A stretch of 64,000 nt of DNA from positions 4,547 through 68,546 of the forward strand of contig CADEDM010000004.1 of the NCBI GenBank assembly GCA_902826065.1. Reading direction: 5' to 3'. A model generated the notes under the pieces. That model saw nothing but the letters and a program-made list of their open reading frames with translations, made no database searches and was not told where the DNA came from. Each line of letters opens with the position of its first letter. Positions within the stretch are counted from its first letter, which is position 1. The position numbers were made by a program, and so were the translations under genes. The stretch is from an uncultured Acidobacteriota bacterium. Its GTDB lineage: Bacteria; Acidobacteriota; Vicinamibacteria; Vicinamibacterales; UBA2999. Below, in pieces: positions 9,372 to 18,378 of this stretch.

Positions 9372-10553
9372 ATGCCCATGCTGCCGGCCGCCGTCGGTGC
9401 CCGCGTCGCCTCCATCGATCTCGTGCGCGGCCTCGCCATGGTGCTCATGGCGATCGATCACGTACGCGTCTACTCGGGCCAGCCGGCCGGCGGGCCCACG
9501 CCCGGCATCTTCTTCACGCGATGGGTCACGCATTTCGTGGCGCCGGCGTTCGTGTTCCTCGCCGGCACGGCGGCGTTCTTCCATGGCCGGCGCCTCAACG
9601 GCGTGGGCGCGCTGTCGTCGTTCCTCGTAGTGCGCGGACTCTGGCTCGTGCTGCTCGAGCTCACCGTGCTGCGGGTGGCGTGGACGTTCAATCTGGACTT
9701 CGCGAACTACATGCTGGCCGGCGTGATCTGGATGATCGGCTGGTGCCTGGTGCTGATGGCCGCGGTCGTGCACCTGCCGCTCATGGCGATCGGCGCGCTT
9801 GGCGTGGCGGTGATCGCGGGCCACAACGTCGTCGACATGGCCGCACCGGCGTTGCAAGCATGGTTCGGCGAAGCCGGACCGCACTGGCTCCTGCGGATCC
9901 TGTACTTCGGCGGCGCCGTCGAGCTCGGGCCGGGCGGTCCACCGCTCCTGGTGCTCTTCGTGATCGGGCCGTGGCTGGGCGTGATGATGGCCGGCTACGC
10001 GTTCGGCGCCGTGATGGCCTGGCCGGTCGAACGTCGCCGCCGCTTCTGCCTGCGCGTCGGCCTCGCGCTCACGATCGCCTTCCTGGTCGTGCGCGGACTC
10101 GACGGCTACGGCGACCCGCGGCCGTGGCACGCGAGCCGGCTGCCGGCGCCGCTCGCCTTCCTCAACACCACGAAGTACCCCGCGTCGCTGTCGTTCCTGC
10201 TGATGACCCTCGGGCCCACGATCCTGGCCGTCGGCCTGGCCGAGCGCTGGTCGGGACGCGTGGCGCAGGTGGTCGTCACCTTCGGACGGGTGCCGCTGCT
10301 CTACTACCTGCTGCACATCCCGGTGATCCACCTGGCGGCGATCGGCGTGTCGATCGTGCGCGAGGGCCGCGTGAACCCGTGGCTGTTCGGCAACCATCCC
10401 ATGGCGCCGCCACCGGTGCCCGACGGCTACCTGTGGAGTCTCGGGCTTCTCTACGCGGTGTTCGCCGTGTGCGTGGCCGTGCTCTACGTGCCGTGCCGCG
10501 CGTTCGCGCGGCTGCGCGCAGAGCGCCGGGCCCCGTGGATGACGTGGTTCTAG
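9372..10553 (+). CDS. DUF1624 / heparan-alpha-glucosaminide N-acetyltransferase-like membrane acyltransferase
   Basis: Within ORF 9303..10553. About 10 hydrophobic helices and the N-terminal IDLVRGLAMVLMAIDH motif. Start at ATG 9372. Confidence 0.75.
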   Translation: MPMLPAAVGARVASIDLVRGLAMVLMAIDHVRVYSGQPAGGPTPGIFFTRWVTHFVAPAFVFLAGTAAFFHGRRLNGVGALSSFLVVRGLWLVLLELTVLRVAWTFNLDFANYMLAGVIWMIGWCLVLMAAVVHLPLMAIGALGVAVIAGHNVVDMAAPALQAWFGEAGPHWLLRILYFGGAVELGPGGPPLLVLFVIGPWLGVMMAGYAFGAVMAWPVERRRRFCLRVGLALTIAFLVVRGLDGYGDPRPWHASRLPAPLAFLNTTKYPASLSFLLMTLGPTILAVGLAERWSGRVAQVVVTFGRVPLLYYLLHIPVIHLAAIGVSIVREGRVNPWLFGNHPMAPPPVPDGYLWSLGLLYAVFAVCVAVLYVPCRAFARLRAERRAPWMTWF

Positions 10554-10596
10554 GACGCGCGCCCCACGCCCCACGGGACCTGCCGCCGCGTCGCGA

Positions 10597-11019
10597 TCAG
10601 CGCGGCATGTTCTCGGCGAGCTGCACGATGCGCAGGTGATTCCCGAACGGATCGCGGATGCCGATGTCGGTGCCGTAGAAGTGCGTCACCGGCTCCTGCG
10701 TGATCTCGACGCCCTTCGCCTTCAGGTCCTCGTAGACGGCCTGGCAGTTGCTGGTCGTGAAGCCGGCCGTAAAGCCCGAGGCGCCCTTGGAGATGAGCTC
10801 GCGAATCCTGGCCGCGGCGTCGGGGTCGACCGACGGCGGGCCCGGACGCTCGAGCAGGATGTCGCGGCCGACCTGACCGGGCACGCGCACGGTGAGCCAG
10901 CGCATCTCGCCCAGGTCCATGTCGCCGCTGACTTCCAGGCCGAGCTTGCCGACGTAGAACTCCAGCGCTTCGTTCTGATCGAACACCCAGATGTGGGTGA
11001 TGTTGATGCTGTTGAGCAC
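10597..11019 (-). CDS. VOC family protein (glyoxalase/bleomycin-resistance fold)
   Basis: ORF 10597..11019. Paired beta-alpha-beta modules and C-terminal DPFGNHLRIVQ. GTG start with GGAG upstream. Confidence 0.85.
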   Translation of the reverse strand: MLNSINITHIWVFDQNEALEFYVGKLGLEVSGDMDLGEMRWLTVRVPGQVGRDILLERPGPPSVDPDAAARIRELISKGASGFTAGFTTSNCQAVYEDLKAKGVEITQEPVTHFYGTDIGIRDPFGNHLRIVQLAENMPR

Positions 11020-11070
11020 GACTCTGTCTCCGGTAGGTGGGCCGGATCGTCCGGCCGGCTTCGACTGTAG

Positions 11071-11553
11071 TCAGCGGCGGCGCCGGTCCGCTTCTCCGAA
11101 ACTGCTCGATCTCGTGAACGGGCGCGACCACGCCATCGCGAAGCACGTGGGTACGGCCGACGTGGGCGAGCGGCGCTGGTAGACCGACGGCGACACGCCG
11201 ACGATCGCGGCGAAGGTGCGGCTGAAGGTGCCGAGGCTGTTGAAGCCCACCGCGAAGCAGGCGTCGGTGACGCTCGTGCCGCGGAGCAGCAGGGCCATCG
11301 CCCGCTCGACGCGCCGCCGCTGCAGGTAGCGGTGCGGAGTCTCGCCGAAGACGGCCCGGAACGTCCGGATGAAGTGCGCCTCGGAGCAGCCCGCCACTGC
11401 TGACAGCGCCCGGATGTCGAGCGGATCCGCGTAGGTGCGGTCCATGCGGTCGCGGGCGCGCAGCATGCGCCGGTTGCGATCCTCGCTGGCGTGGCTCACC
11501 CGATCGAGTGTATGCCGGGGCGTGCGGTCCGCGCGTTCGCGGCCTTCTGTCAC
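11071..11553 (-). CDS. AraC family transcriptional regulator (HTH-only, short)
   Basis: ORF 11071..11553. Double HTH SEAHFIRTFRAVFGETPHRYLQRRRVERA ... GFNSLGTFSRTFAAIVGVSPSVYQRR. Start codon uncertain. Confidence 0.8.
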   Translation of the reverse strand: MTEGRERADRTPRHTLDRVSHASEDRNRRMLRARDRMDRTYADPLDIRALSAVAGCSEAHFIRTFRAVFGETPHRYLQRRRVERAMALLLRGTSVTDACFAVGFNSLGTFSRTFAAIVGVSPSVYQRRSPTSAVPTCFAMAWSRPFTRSSSFGEADRRRR

Positions 11554-11588
11554 ACTGGGCGCCCGTTCGTGTCCAAGAGAATGTGGGA

Positions 11589-12476
11589 ATGATTCCGCCC
11601 AATCCGTTCGCCGACACGCCCGACGGCGACGCCGACGACCTGGTGCTGGTGCGGCGCGCGCAGGGCGGCGACCGCGACGCCCTCGAGACGATCGTGGGCC
11701 GCCACCAGGCGTGGATCTACAACCTCGTGCTGCGGATGGTGTATCACCCGCACGACGCCGAGGACGTGACGCAGGAGGTGCTGGTCAAGCTGCTGACGTC
11801 GCTGTCGACCTTCGCGGGCCGCAGCCGGTTCCGCACCTGGCTGTACCGGGTCGTCGTGAACCACGTGTTGAACATGAAGCGCGCGCGAGGCGAAGCCGCC
11901 GAGTGGACGTTCCGGCGCTACGGCGACGGCCTCGACGGCGCGCCCGACACCGAGTTGCCCGATCCGAACACGGTGCCGGTCGAACTGCACCTCATCGTCG
12001 ATGAGTCGCGCATCACGTGTTCCTCCGGCATGCTGCTCTGCCTCACGCGCGAGCAGCGGCTGGTCTACGTGCTGGGCGAGATCTTCGGCGTCTCCGACGT
12101 GGTGGGCGCAGAGCTGCTCGACACCACGCGCGAGAACTTCCGCCAGAAGCTGGCGCGCGCGCGGCGCGACCTCCACAGCTTCATGCACGACAAGTGCGGC
12201 CTCGTGAACACGGCCAATCCCTGCCGGTGCGCGAAGAAGACGCGGGCGTTCATCGACGCCGGCTTCGTGACCCCCGACGGCCTGCTGTTCGCCCGCGCCC
12301 ACGTGCAGCGCGTGCGCGACGTCGCCCCGCGCCTGCACGACGACGTCAACGCCCTGGACACGGCCTACGCCGAAGTGCACCGCGCGCATCCGTTCCAGCC
12401 GGCGCCCGACCTCGTCGCCAGCGTGCGCGCGCTGCTGGCGCAGCCGCGGTTCCGCACGCTGCTCGACCCTCACTGA
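11589..12476 (+). CDS. ECF-type sigma factor with Cys-containing C-terminal extension
   Basis: Within ORF 11508..12476. Regions 2 and 4 (DAEDVTQEVLVKLL, FRTWLYRVVVNHVLN, LTREQRLVYVLGEIFG), then a ~110 aa extension starting CGLVNTANPCRCAKK. Start at ATG 11589. Confidence 0.8.
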   Translation: MIPPNPFADTPDGDADDLVLVRRAQGGDRDALETIVGRHQAWIYNLVLRMVYHPHDAEDVTQEVLVKLLTSLSTFAGRSRFRTWLYRVVVNHVLNMKRARGEAAEWTFRRYGDGLDGAPDTELPDPNTVPVELHLIVDESRITCSSGMLLCLTREQRLVYVLGEIFGVSDVVGAELLDTTRENFRQKLARARRDLHSFMHDKCGLVNTANPCRCAKKTRAFIDAGFVTPDGLLFARAHVQRVRDVAPRLHDDVNALDTAYAEVHRAHPFQPAPDLVASVRALLAQPRFRTLLDPH

Positions 12477-12492
12477 CCCGGAGACCGCTGAC

Positions 12493-12918
12493 ATGGACAC
12501 GTTCGACCCGCAGGAAATCATCGCCCTCGAGCGCGGGGCGCTCGACCGCTGGGGCGCTGGCGACCCACACGGCTACCTCGAGCTCATGGCGCCCGAGGTC
12601 ACCTATTTCGATCCGGCGCGGGAACGGCGCATCGACGGCCACGCGGCCATGACCGCGACCCTCGAGCCGCTGATGGGCAAGATTCGCGTTGATCGCTATG
12701 ACATGCAGCAGCCGAAAGTGCAGCGGCACGGCGACATGGCCCTGCTGACCTTCAACCTGGTGAGCTACCAGCGTCAGGGTGACGGCCTCGAGAAAGCCGT
12801 CGCCCACTGGAATTCCACCGAGGGGTACGCGAGCATCGATGGCCGGTGGCGCCTGGTGCACAGCCACTGGTCGTTCGTGCAGCCCGAGTTGAAGACCGCG
12901 GTCACCGAGGAAGGGTGA
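12493..12918 (+). CDS. NTF2-like / DUF4440 (SnoaL-like) domain protein
   Basis: ORF 12493..12918. NTF2-like pattern ending GRWRLVHSHWS. Starts 17 nt after the sigma gene stop. Confidence 0.7.
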   Translation: MDTFDPQEIIALERGALDRWGAGDPHGYLELMAPEVTYFDPARERRIDGHAAMTATLEPLMGKIRVDRYDMQQPKVQRHGDMALLTFNLVSYQRQGDGLEKAVAHWNSTEGYASIDGRWRLVHSHWSFVQPELKTAVTEEG

Positions 12919-12939
12919 CTGTGACCCTGGAGGAGTGAC

Positions 12940-13800
12940 GTGCTCTACGCATTCGACGGCACCTGGAACCTCGACAAGCCCGGCACCGACCGCGACACCA
13001 ACGTCGCCTGGTTCCGGCGTGCCTACGACGGTCAGGTCGTTTACTGGCAGGGCGTCGGGACGCGCTTCGGCGCGCCCGGCCGAGTCGTCGGCGGGCTCAC
13101 CGGCGCCGGCGGCCGCGAGCGGGTCGACGAGGCCGTGCAGATGGCCGTGCTCGCACAGGACAGCCCCGACCCGGAGATTGACGTGGTCGGCTTCAGCCGC
13201 GGCGCGGCGCTGGCGCTGCATTTCGTCAACCAGCTCGCCAAGCTGCCGGCACCGCCACCCGTCCGCTTCCTCGGCCTGTGGGACTGCGTGCCGTCGTTCG
13301 GCGTCGCTGTCGTGGACGCGAACCTCGGCTGGGACCTCGAGCTTCCGGACAACGTGGCCAAGTGCTACCACGCCCTGGCCCTCGACGAGCGGCGACAGTC
13401 GTTCCACCTGCACCGGCCCGACGCCCGCGTCGAGCACGCCGATCAGGAAGGCCGGCTCTTCGAGGTGTGGTTCCGGGGCGTGCATTCAGACGTGGGCGGC
13501 GGCAATGTCAATCCCGGTCTGTCGAGCATCCCGCTGGCGTGGATGTTCACGAAGGCCGTGGCCGCGGGCGTGCCGTTGCGGGCGCCGATCGTCGCCGAGA
13601 ACGTCGGCCGCCGCGATCCCGCGGCCAAGGTCTCGTCGGCGCCGTGGTACGACGTGGTGAAGAACACGCCTCGGGTGGTGCGCTGGAACGACCAGGTGCA
13701 CGACTCGGTGCGCCTGATCGACGGCGGCATCAACCCGCCCATCGGCCTGGCGGTCGTCGACGACAGCGGCGCGGCGCGCGGCAAGTTTGCGATGGCGTGA
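12940..13800 (+). CDS. DUF2235 (Tle1-like) alpha/beta hydrolase, putative phospholipase
   Basis: ORF 12940..13800. GTG start with AGGAG 5 nt upstream. Hallmarks FDGTWN, the GFSRGA nucleophile elbow and GVHSDVGGG. Confidence 0.75.
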   Translation: MLYAFDGTWNLDKPGTDRDTNVAWFRRAYDGQVVYWQGVGTRFGAPGRVVGGLTGAGGRERVDEAVQMAVLAQDSPDPEIDVVGFSRGAALALHFVNQLAKLPAPPPVRFLGLWDCVPSFGVAVVDANLGWDLELPDNVAKCYHALALDERRQSFHLHRPDARVEHADQEGRLFEVWFRGVHSDVGGGNVNPGLSSIPLAWMFTKAVAAGVPLRAPIVAENVGRRDPAAKVSSAPWYDVVKNTPRVVRWNDQVHDSVRLIDGGINPPIGLAVVDDSGAARGKFAMA

Positions 13801-14123
13801 GCTGAGCGCTGTCGCCGCGCTGCGGCGCCGCGACATCATGCCTCGGGTCTGCGGCTGGTCTGGCTCCGAGTGTCGAAGCGTCGAGCGGTGGCCCGGGCAC
13901 CCAGTCGGGTCCCGTCGTGTGACAGCCCTCTGACGACCGGGCGCTGCGGAGCGATCCCGATATCGCGCCCGATCGCCAGCGGGCGCCCGTCACACGCCAC
14001 CCGCCAGCCCAGGCCGGTGCCGCTCGGGCAGGAGCTTCGCAAGCAGATCACAGCCGCTGACCCGATGCACGATGCCGCGCCGCCGCAGCGCGACGACAAA
14101 AGAGGCTCGACGCGACTGGAGGA

Positions 14124-17100
14124 TCAGACCGCCCGGCGTTTGTCGTGCGCGAACGCGGTGATCCAGCGTTCGACGCGCTTCGCCACTTCGCGTCGCGGCA
14201 TCGCCTCGTCGAGCGCCACTGTCTGTGCCGGCGCGTCCTCGTCGGCGACGTGAACCCGCAGGCGACGCAGGCCCCAGCCGTCGGGTGCCGGCCGCAGGAT
14301 CTCGCGCAGCGCAGTGCCGGCCACCCCCATCTTGCGGAGGTGGTTCTGCACGCGCACGTGCACCAGCGCCGCCTCGTCGGTGGTCGCGTGGGCCAGGACG
14401 AAGTAGCCGGCCGTGAACGCGAACGGATGTCCGTCCTCGCGGCGCGGGCTCTCCACCATCACCCGGATCGGATGCAGGGAAAGCGGCGTGTCGGTGGCGG
14501 TCTGGTCGAGCAGCGACGCCACCAGCTCCGCCTCCCAGAAGTTGAGGCCCAGCGGCGACTCCTGCCACGCCTGCCGCTCCTGTGCCCGGCGCTCCGGCGT
14601 CCACTGCGACCAGGTCGTGTGATCGGGCAGCGCCCGGCCGATCTCGCGCCCCGGCACGCGGACACGGCCGGGACGCAGGTCGAGCCGCTCGGCGCAGAAG
14701 CGCTGGAAGCGCGGATCGTAGGTGGCCGCCGTCACCGCCCAGGTCGCGCACAACATCCCCGACCACGACCAGTGCCGGAACAGGTTCATCCAGCCGCGGT
14801 TGTCGATGTGGTCGTGGTGATCGCCGAGCCGGAACTCGATGTAGACGTCCTCCATCAGCTGCAGCATCTGGTTGCAGACATAGAAGCCGGCGCGCCGTTG
14901 CGTCTCCTCGGGCGGCAGCCAGTAGTTCACGCCGGGTGTCGGCGTCGCGGTGTCCATGAGGGCCGTCACGTCCTCGCGGCCCGTGGCCATGAGGCAGGCC
15001 CACTCGGGGAAGACCTGGGCGTCGAGGAACCTGAGGTCGTCGTTGCCGCGCACCGCGTCCCAGATGGCGTTGAGCGCGCGCGAGTACTTGCCGATGCCGT
15101 CGTCGGGCCCCGGCGCCGCCGGCGTCCAGCGCTGGCGGAGCAGACGGAACATCTCCACCGGCGACACCGGCGCGCTGCCGTGCACGCGCACCACCTCGAA
15201 CACGCGATGGCCAACGTGGTAGCCGAGTGCACGGTAGCTCTCGAACTGCGACTCGTTGAAGAACTGGTCGGCGGTGGACTGGTGCGGGAACTCGGGGTGC
15301 AGCGAGGCGTAGCGCAGCACGTCGGTGGGCTCGTCGCCAGTCAGCGACGCCTTGACGTAGACCAGCGTGCCGGGGGCCTGCGCGCGGTCGACCTGCTCGT
15401 AGTGAATGGTGCCCACGGCGCAGTGCGATTCGCTGCGGCCAGCCTCGGGGCGGATGCCGGCGACATCGATCTCGATGTCGATGCCGAAGTCGGCGCGCAC
15501 TTTCTCGATGGCGTTGCCGAGGTCCTCGAACGTGACGGCGCCGTCCTGGCCGGCGTCGCTGACGATGATGAACGGGCAGCGGCGGCGCACGAGCTCGTAG
15601 ACGCCGAGGTTCTCGAAGTGCCCGCCGTCCGACAGGTACACGAAGTCGCGTTCGGCGGTGGTGAGGCCGAGCAGCTCGCTGGACAGCTCGACGAGCGACA
15701 GCCGCTTGCGTGAGTAGGTCCAGCTCGAGACCGAGTGCGGGTTGCGCATCCACCAGCCGAGCCGCACGTTGAACACCGTCATCAGGAACGACAGCGTGGG
15801 CGACGTGTGGTAGCCCATGTTGGGCGAGGCGGCGGCGCCCGACGTGGCCATGGCCAGGCCCACGCCGAGGGGATTGCCGCCATAGGCCGCGGTGGAGGCG
15901 AATGCACTCAGCACCGGCGCCGGAGGCGGCGTGGCGGCGGCGACCCGGCCGCGATCGTTCTGCTCGTCGACGCGATACTCGTAGCCGCAGACGTCGGGCG
16001 TGAACACGAATGCCGCCGCCTTGCGCTGCTGCCACGCCAGGTTCTTCCCGCCCACCAGGTTGATCGCCGCGTTGAAGATCGGATACGGGCGCAGCGGGCC
16101 TGGCGCCGCCGCGAAGGCCAGCGGCAGATCGTCGTTGGGATCGAACCCGTGGAACGGGTGCGCCTTGCGCGCGGCGTTCGAGGCGCCCAGGTAGCAGCGC
16201 ACCAGGCGATTCCTGTAGAACGCGTGCATCGAGAACTCGTTGAGGTCGGCACGGCGTGACAACCACCACGCCAGCAGCCCCAGCACCACGACGCCCACGA
16301 GCGCCTCGAAGGCCGACTCCGGCACGCGAATCTTCCGCAGCGTCACCGCGAGCAGCACGAGGTAGCCGAGGATGAAGACCGTCGGTGCGATCCGCCCGGC
16401 GCGATCGCGCCACGTCGATCCGCCGTTGTCGCGCGTCTGGCTCGATCGGCCCGCCATCACGCCCGACCCGGTGATGGCCGCCCACAGGAAGCCGACGAAC
16501 GTGCGCTTCGCGCCGGTGGCGTCGAAGGAGTCGGCGGCACGTTCGAGCAGCTTCGGTGCATGCACGCCCAGGAACACGAGCGCGGACAGGATGGCCGTGC
16601 CCAGCAGCACCTGGCCGCCGACGCGCGCCCACCACTCGCGGGTCTCGTCCGAGAGCTGCGTGCCGGCCAGGCCGATGTGTGCGGTGACGGCGATGAGGAA
16701 CGCCAGCACGAGCAGCGGCATGCGGAACTCGACGAAGTTCGTCCACACCAGCGGCTCGGTGAACTTCACCGCCACGAACGCGCCGATGAGGCCGGCCGCG
16801 AACGCGAACGCGGTGGTCTTGCCCCAGGCGAGCAGCGCGGCGATCCAGTCCGTGCGCACGACCGCCGCCGGCTCGCCCTGGGCCTGCGCGCGGCGCCGTT
16901 CGCGCGCCGCGGCGAGGGTGCGTGAGAGATACGCCAGCGCCAGGCCGATGGCCCACGCAAGGGCGTATCCCACCGCCGCCTGCACGACGTGCCACGGCAC
17001 GGGGCCGTCGGCCGGCGGCAGCACATCGATGATCGACGCCACGATGGCCATGGCGACCACGATCGGCAGCACCACCTGCACCTGCACCCGCCAGCGCGGC

Positions 17101-17780
17101 GTCCAGTCGCTGCCGTCGGTGGTCCACGTGCCGTCGGCGAGCGGACGGGCCATGTTGGCGGCGCTGGTGGCGAACGCCACGACGAGCAGCGTGAACGCGA
17201 CCAGCAGCAGCCGGGTCACGGCGGGCGCGTTCCAGATCGCCAGCAGCATCCAGTCGCTGTAGGTGCGGTGGATGAACCACGGCACGTAGAGCACGGCGAG
17301 CAGGCTCACGCTCAGCAGGGTGAAGGTGATCAGCAGGTTGCGCGTGACGGTACCCACCGCGGCCCACGTGTCGCCGCTGAAGAGTCCGAGCTTCGGCGTC
17401 AGGTAGTTGCTGTAGGCGCGCAGGAAGCGCACCTGGCGGGGCTCGTCGCCATGCAGCGCCAGCGCCTGCGGCAGTTGCCCGCGCCGCTGCAACGCGTAGA
17501 GCCACGCGCCGGTGTAGCCGCCGCCCGACACCGTCGACACGTAGTCGACGGCGGCGAAGAGGCCGAGCCGGTGCAGCGCCTGCACGAGGCCGAGCGCGAA
17601 GGTGGCGCTGCGAATGCCGCCACCGGAGATCGCCAGGCCGACCTCGGGCGGGCGGCCGATGCGTTCCTGCTCGATCGCACGCACCTGGTCCGACGTCAGC
17701 CCGCAGGCCGGCACCGGGCCCAGAGGCTGTGCCGGCGACGGCGCCGGATCCCGTGTCGGCTCTGGCCCTGCTGCGCTCAT
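14124..17780 (-). CDS. large membrane-embedded patatin-like phospholipase with extra C-terminal domain
   Basis: ORF 14124..17984; probable start at ATG 17780 (MSAAGPEP). Patatin block GLAISGGGIRS...VSTVSGGGY, then about 10 TM helices, then the catalytic Asp block YLSDGGHFENLGVYELV. An extra ~370 aa tail ends with the GNAT-like motif RKMGVAG. Confidence 0.8.
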   Translation of the reverse strand: MSAAGPEPTRDPAPSPAQPLGPVPACGLTSDQVRAIEQERIGRPPEVGLAISGGGIRSATFALGLVQALHRLGLFAAVDYVSTVSGGGYTGAWLYALQRRGQLPQALALHGDEPRQVRFLRAYSNYLTPKLGLFSGDTWAAVGTVTRNLLITFTLLSVSLLAVLYVPWFIHRTYSDWMLLAIWNAPAVTRLLLVAFTLLVVAFATSAANMARPLADGTWTTDGSDWTPRWRVQVQVVLPIVVAMAIVASIIDVLPPADGPVPWHVVQAAVGYALAWAIGLALAYLSRTLAAARERRRAQAQGEPAAVVRTDWIAALLAWGKTTAFAFAAGLIGAFVAVKFTEPLVWTNFVEFRMPLLVLAFLIAVTAHIGLAGTQLSDETREWWARVGGQVLLGTAILSALVFLGVHAPKLLERAADSFDATGAKRTFVGFLWAAITGSGVMAGRSSQTRDNGGSTWRDRAGRIAPTVFILGYLVLLAVTLRKIRVPESAFEALVGVVVLGLLAWWLSRRADLNEFSMHAFYRNRLVRCYLGASNAARKAHPFHGFDPNDDLPLAFAAAPGPLRPYPIFNAAINLVGGKNLAWQQRKAAAFVFTPDVCGYEYRVDEQNDRGRVAAATPPPAPVLSAFASTAAYGGNPLGVGLAMATSGAAASPNMGYHTSPTLSFLMTVFNVRLGWWMRNPHSVSSWTYSRKRLSLVELSSELLGLTTAERDFVYLSDGGHFENLGVYELVRRRCPFIIVSDAGQDGAVTFEDLGNAIEKVRADFGIDIEIDVAGIRPEAGRSESHCAVGTIHYEQVDRAQAPGTLVYVKASLTGDEPTDVLRYASLHPEFPHQSTADQFFNESQFESYRALGYHVGHRVFEVVRVHGSAPVSPVEMFRLLRQRWTPAAPGPDDGIGKYSRALNAIWDAVRGNDDLRFLDAQVFPEWACLMATGREDVTALMDTATPTPGVNYWLPPEETQRRAGFYVCNQMLQLMEDVYIEFRLGDHHDHIDNRGWMNLFRHWSWSGMLCATWAVTAATYDPRFQRFCAERLDLRPGRVRVPGREIGRALPDHTTWSQWTPERRAQERQAWQESPLGLNFWEAELVASLLDQTATDTPLSLHPIRVMVESPRREDGHPFAFTAGYFVLAHATTDEAALVHVRVQNHLRKMGVAGTALREILRPAPDGWGLRRLRVHVADEDAPAQTVALDEAMPRREVAKRVERWITAFAHDKRRAV

Positions 17781-17891
17781 CGACGCCCTCGTTCCTCGGT
17801 GTCGCCTCGGGGAGGCGCGCTCAGCTGGTGGGACGGACCGCGCCACACCTTTCGCCTGGCCGGACTCGAATCTCTCACGGCCGAGGTCGAC

Positions 17892-17907
17892 GGGCGCGAG
17901 CCTTGCA
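17892..17907 (+). promoter_or_regulatory. sigma54-like -24/-12 motif (one core mismatch)
   Basis: gGGCGCgagccTTGCA has correct GG-N10-GC spacing, with GGCGC in place of GGCAC. It lies 77 nt upstream of ATG 17984. Confidence 0.3.
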
Positions 17908-17983
17908 GTCCGCCCTTTCAGCCGCTCCGCCCCATGAGTCCGGAGCGCCAGTGGGTAACCGTTTACCCAGGAGGAGTAACTCA

Positions 17984-18367
17984 ATGCGTATCACGCTCAA
18001 GCCCGTCGCGGTCCTGCTGCTTCCCGTCATGCTCGCCGCGTCGCCGGCCTTCGCCGCCCAGCGCGTCGTCGACGCGGCAGCTCTGCAACGGGCCCTGGCT
18101 GCCCAGAGCGCCGCCGAAGAGGCCACGCGCGCCGACGTGCGGCGCGTCCTCGATCGCGCCGAGGTGCAGGCCCTCGCGGCGCGGATGGGCCTCGACCTCG
18201 GCGACGCGCGGTCCGCGGTGGCCACGCTATCCGGCGTGCAGCTCGCCCAGGCCGCCGAACGCGCGCAGGCGGTAGACGTCGCCCTCGCCGGCGGTGCCGC
18301 GACGGTAGTCATCTCGCTGACCTCGCTGCTGCTGATCCTGATCATCGTCATCCTGCTCGCGGACTGA
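17984..18367 (+). CDS. small secreted protein with C-terminal membrane anchor (PA2779-like)
   Basis: Internal ATG of ORF 17729..18367, with GGAGGAG upstream. Signal peptide LLLPVMLAASPAFAAQ, Ala/Gln-rich helices, and C-terminal TM VVISLTSLLLILIIVILLAD. From memory it resembles the PA2779 family, which is encoded next to PA2778-type peptidases. Confidence 0.6.
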   Translation: MRITLKPVAVLLLPVMLAASPAFAAQRVVDAAALQRALAAQSAAEEATRADVRRVLDRAEVQALAARMGLDLGDARSAVATLSGVQLAQAAERAQAVDVALAGGAATVVISLTSLLLILIIVILLAD

Positions 18368-18378
18368 CGGCCCGGCGG

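Noticed and set aside
13990-14123. Possible Ser/Thr-kinase gene remnant (RRGIVHR, reminiscent of the GIVHRDLKP catalytic loop) in the 320-nt gap between the convergent DUF2235 and patatin genes
   Set aside because: Only a 5-7 residue resemblance. None of the three frames continues as DLKPxN. This is too short to support a pseudogene call.
13990-17505. 1,171-aa ORF in a second minus-strand frame over the patatin gene
   Set aside because: It shares the strand but is out of frame with the patatin-like gene, which carries the real motifs (GGGIRS, VSGGG, DGGHFEN). The alternate frame is Arg/Pro/Ala junk.
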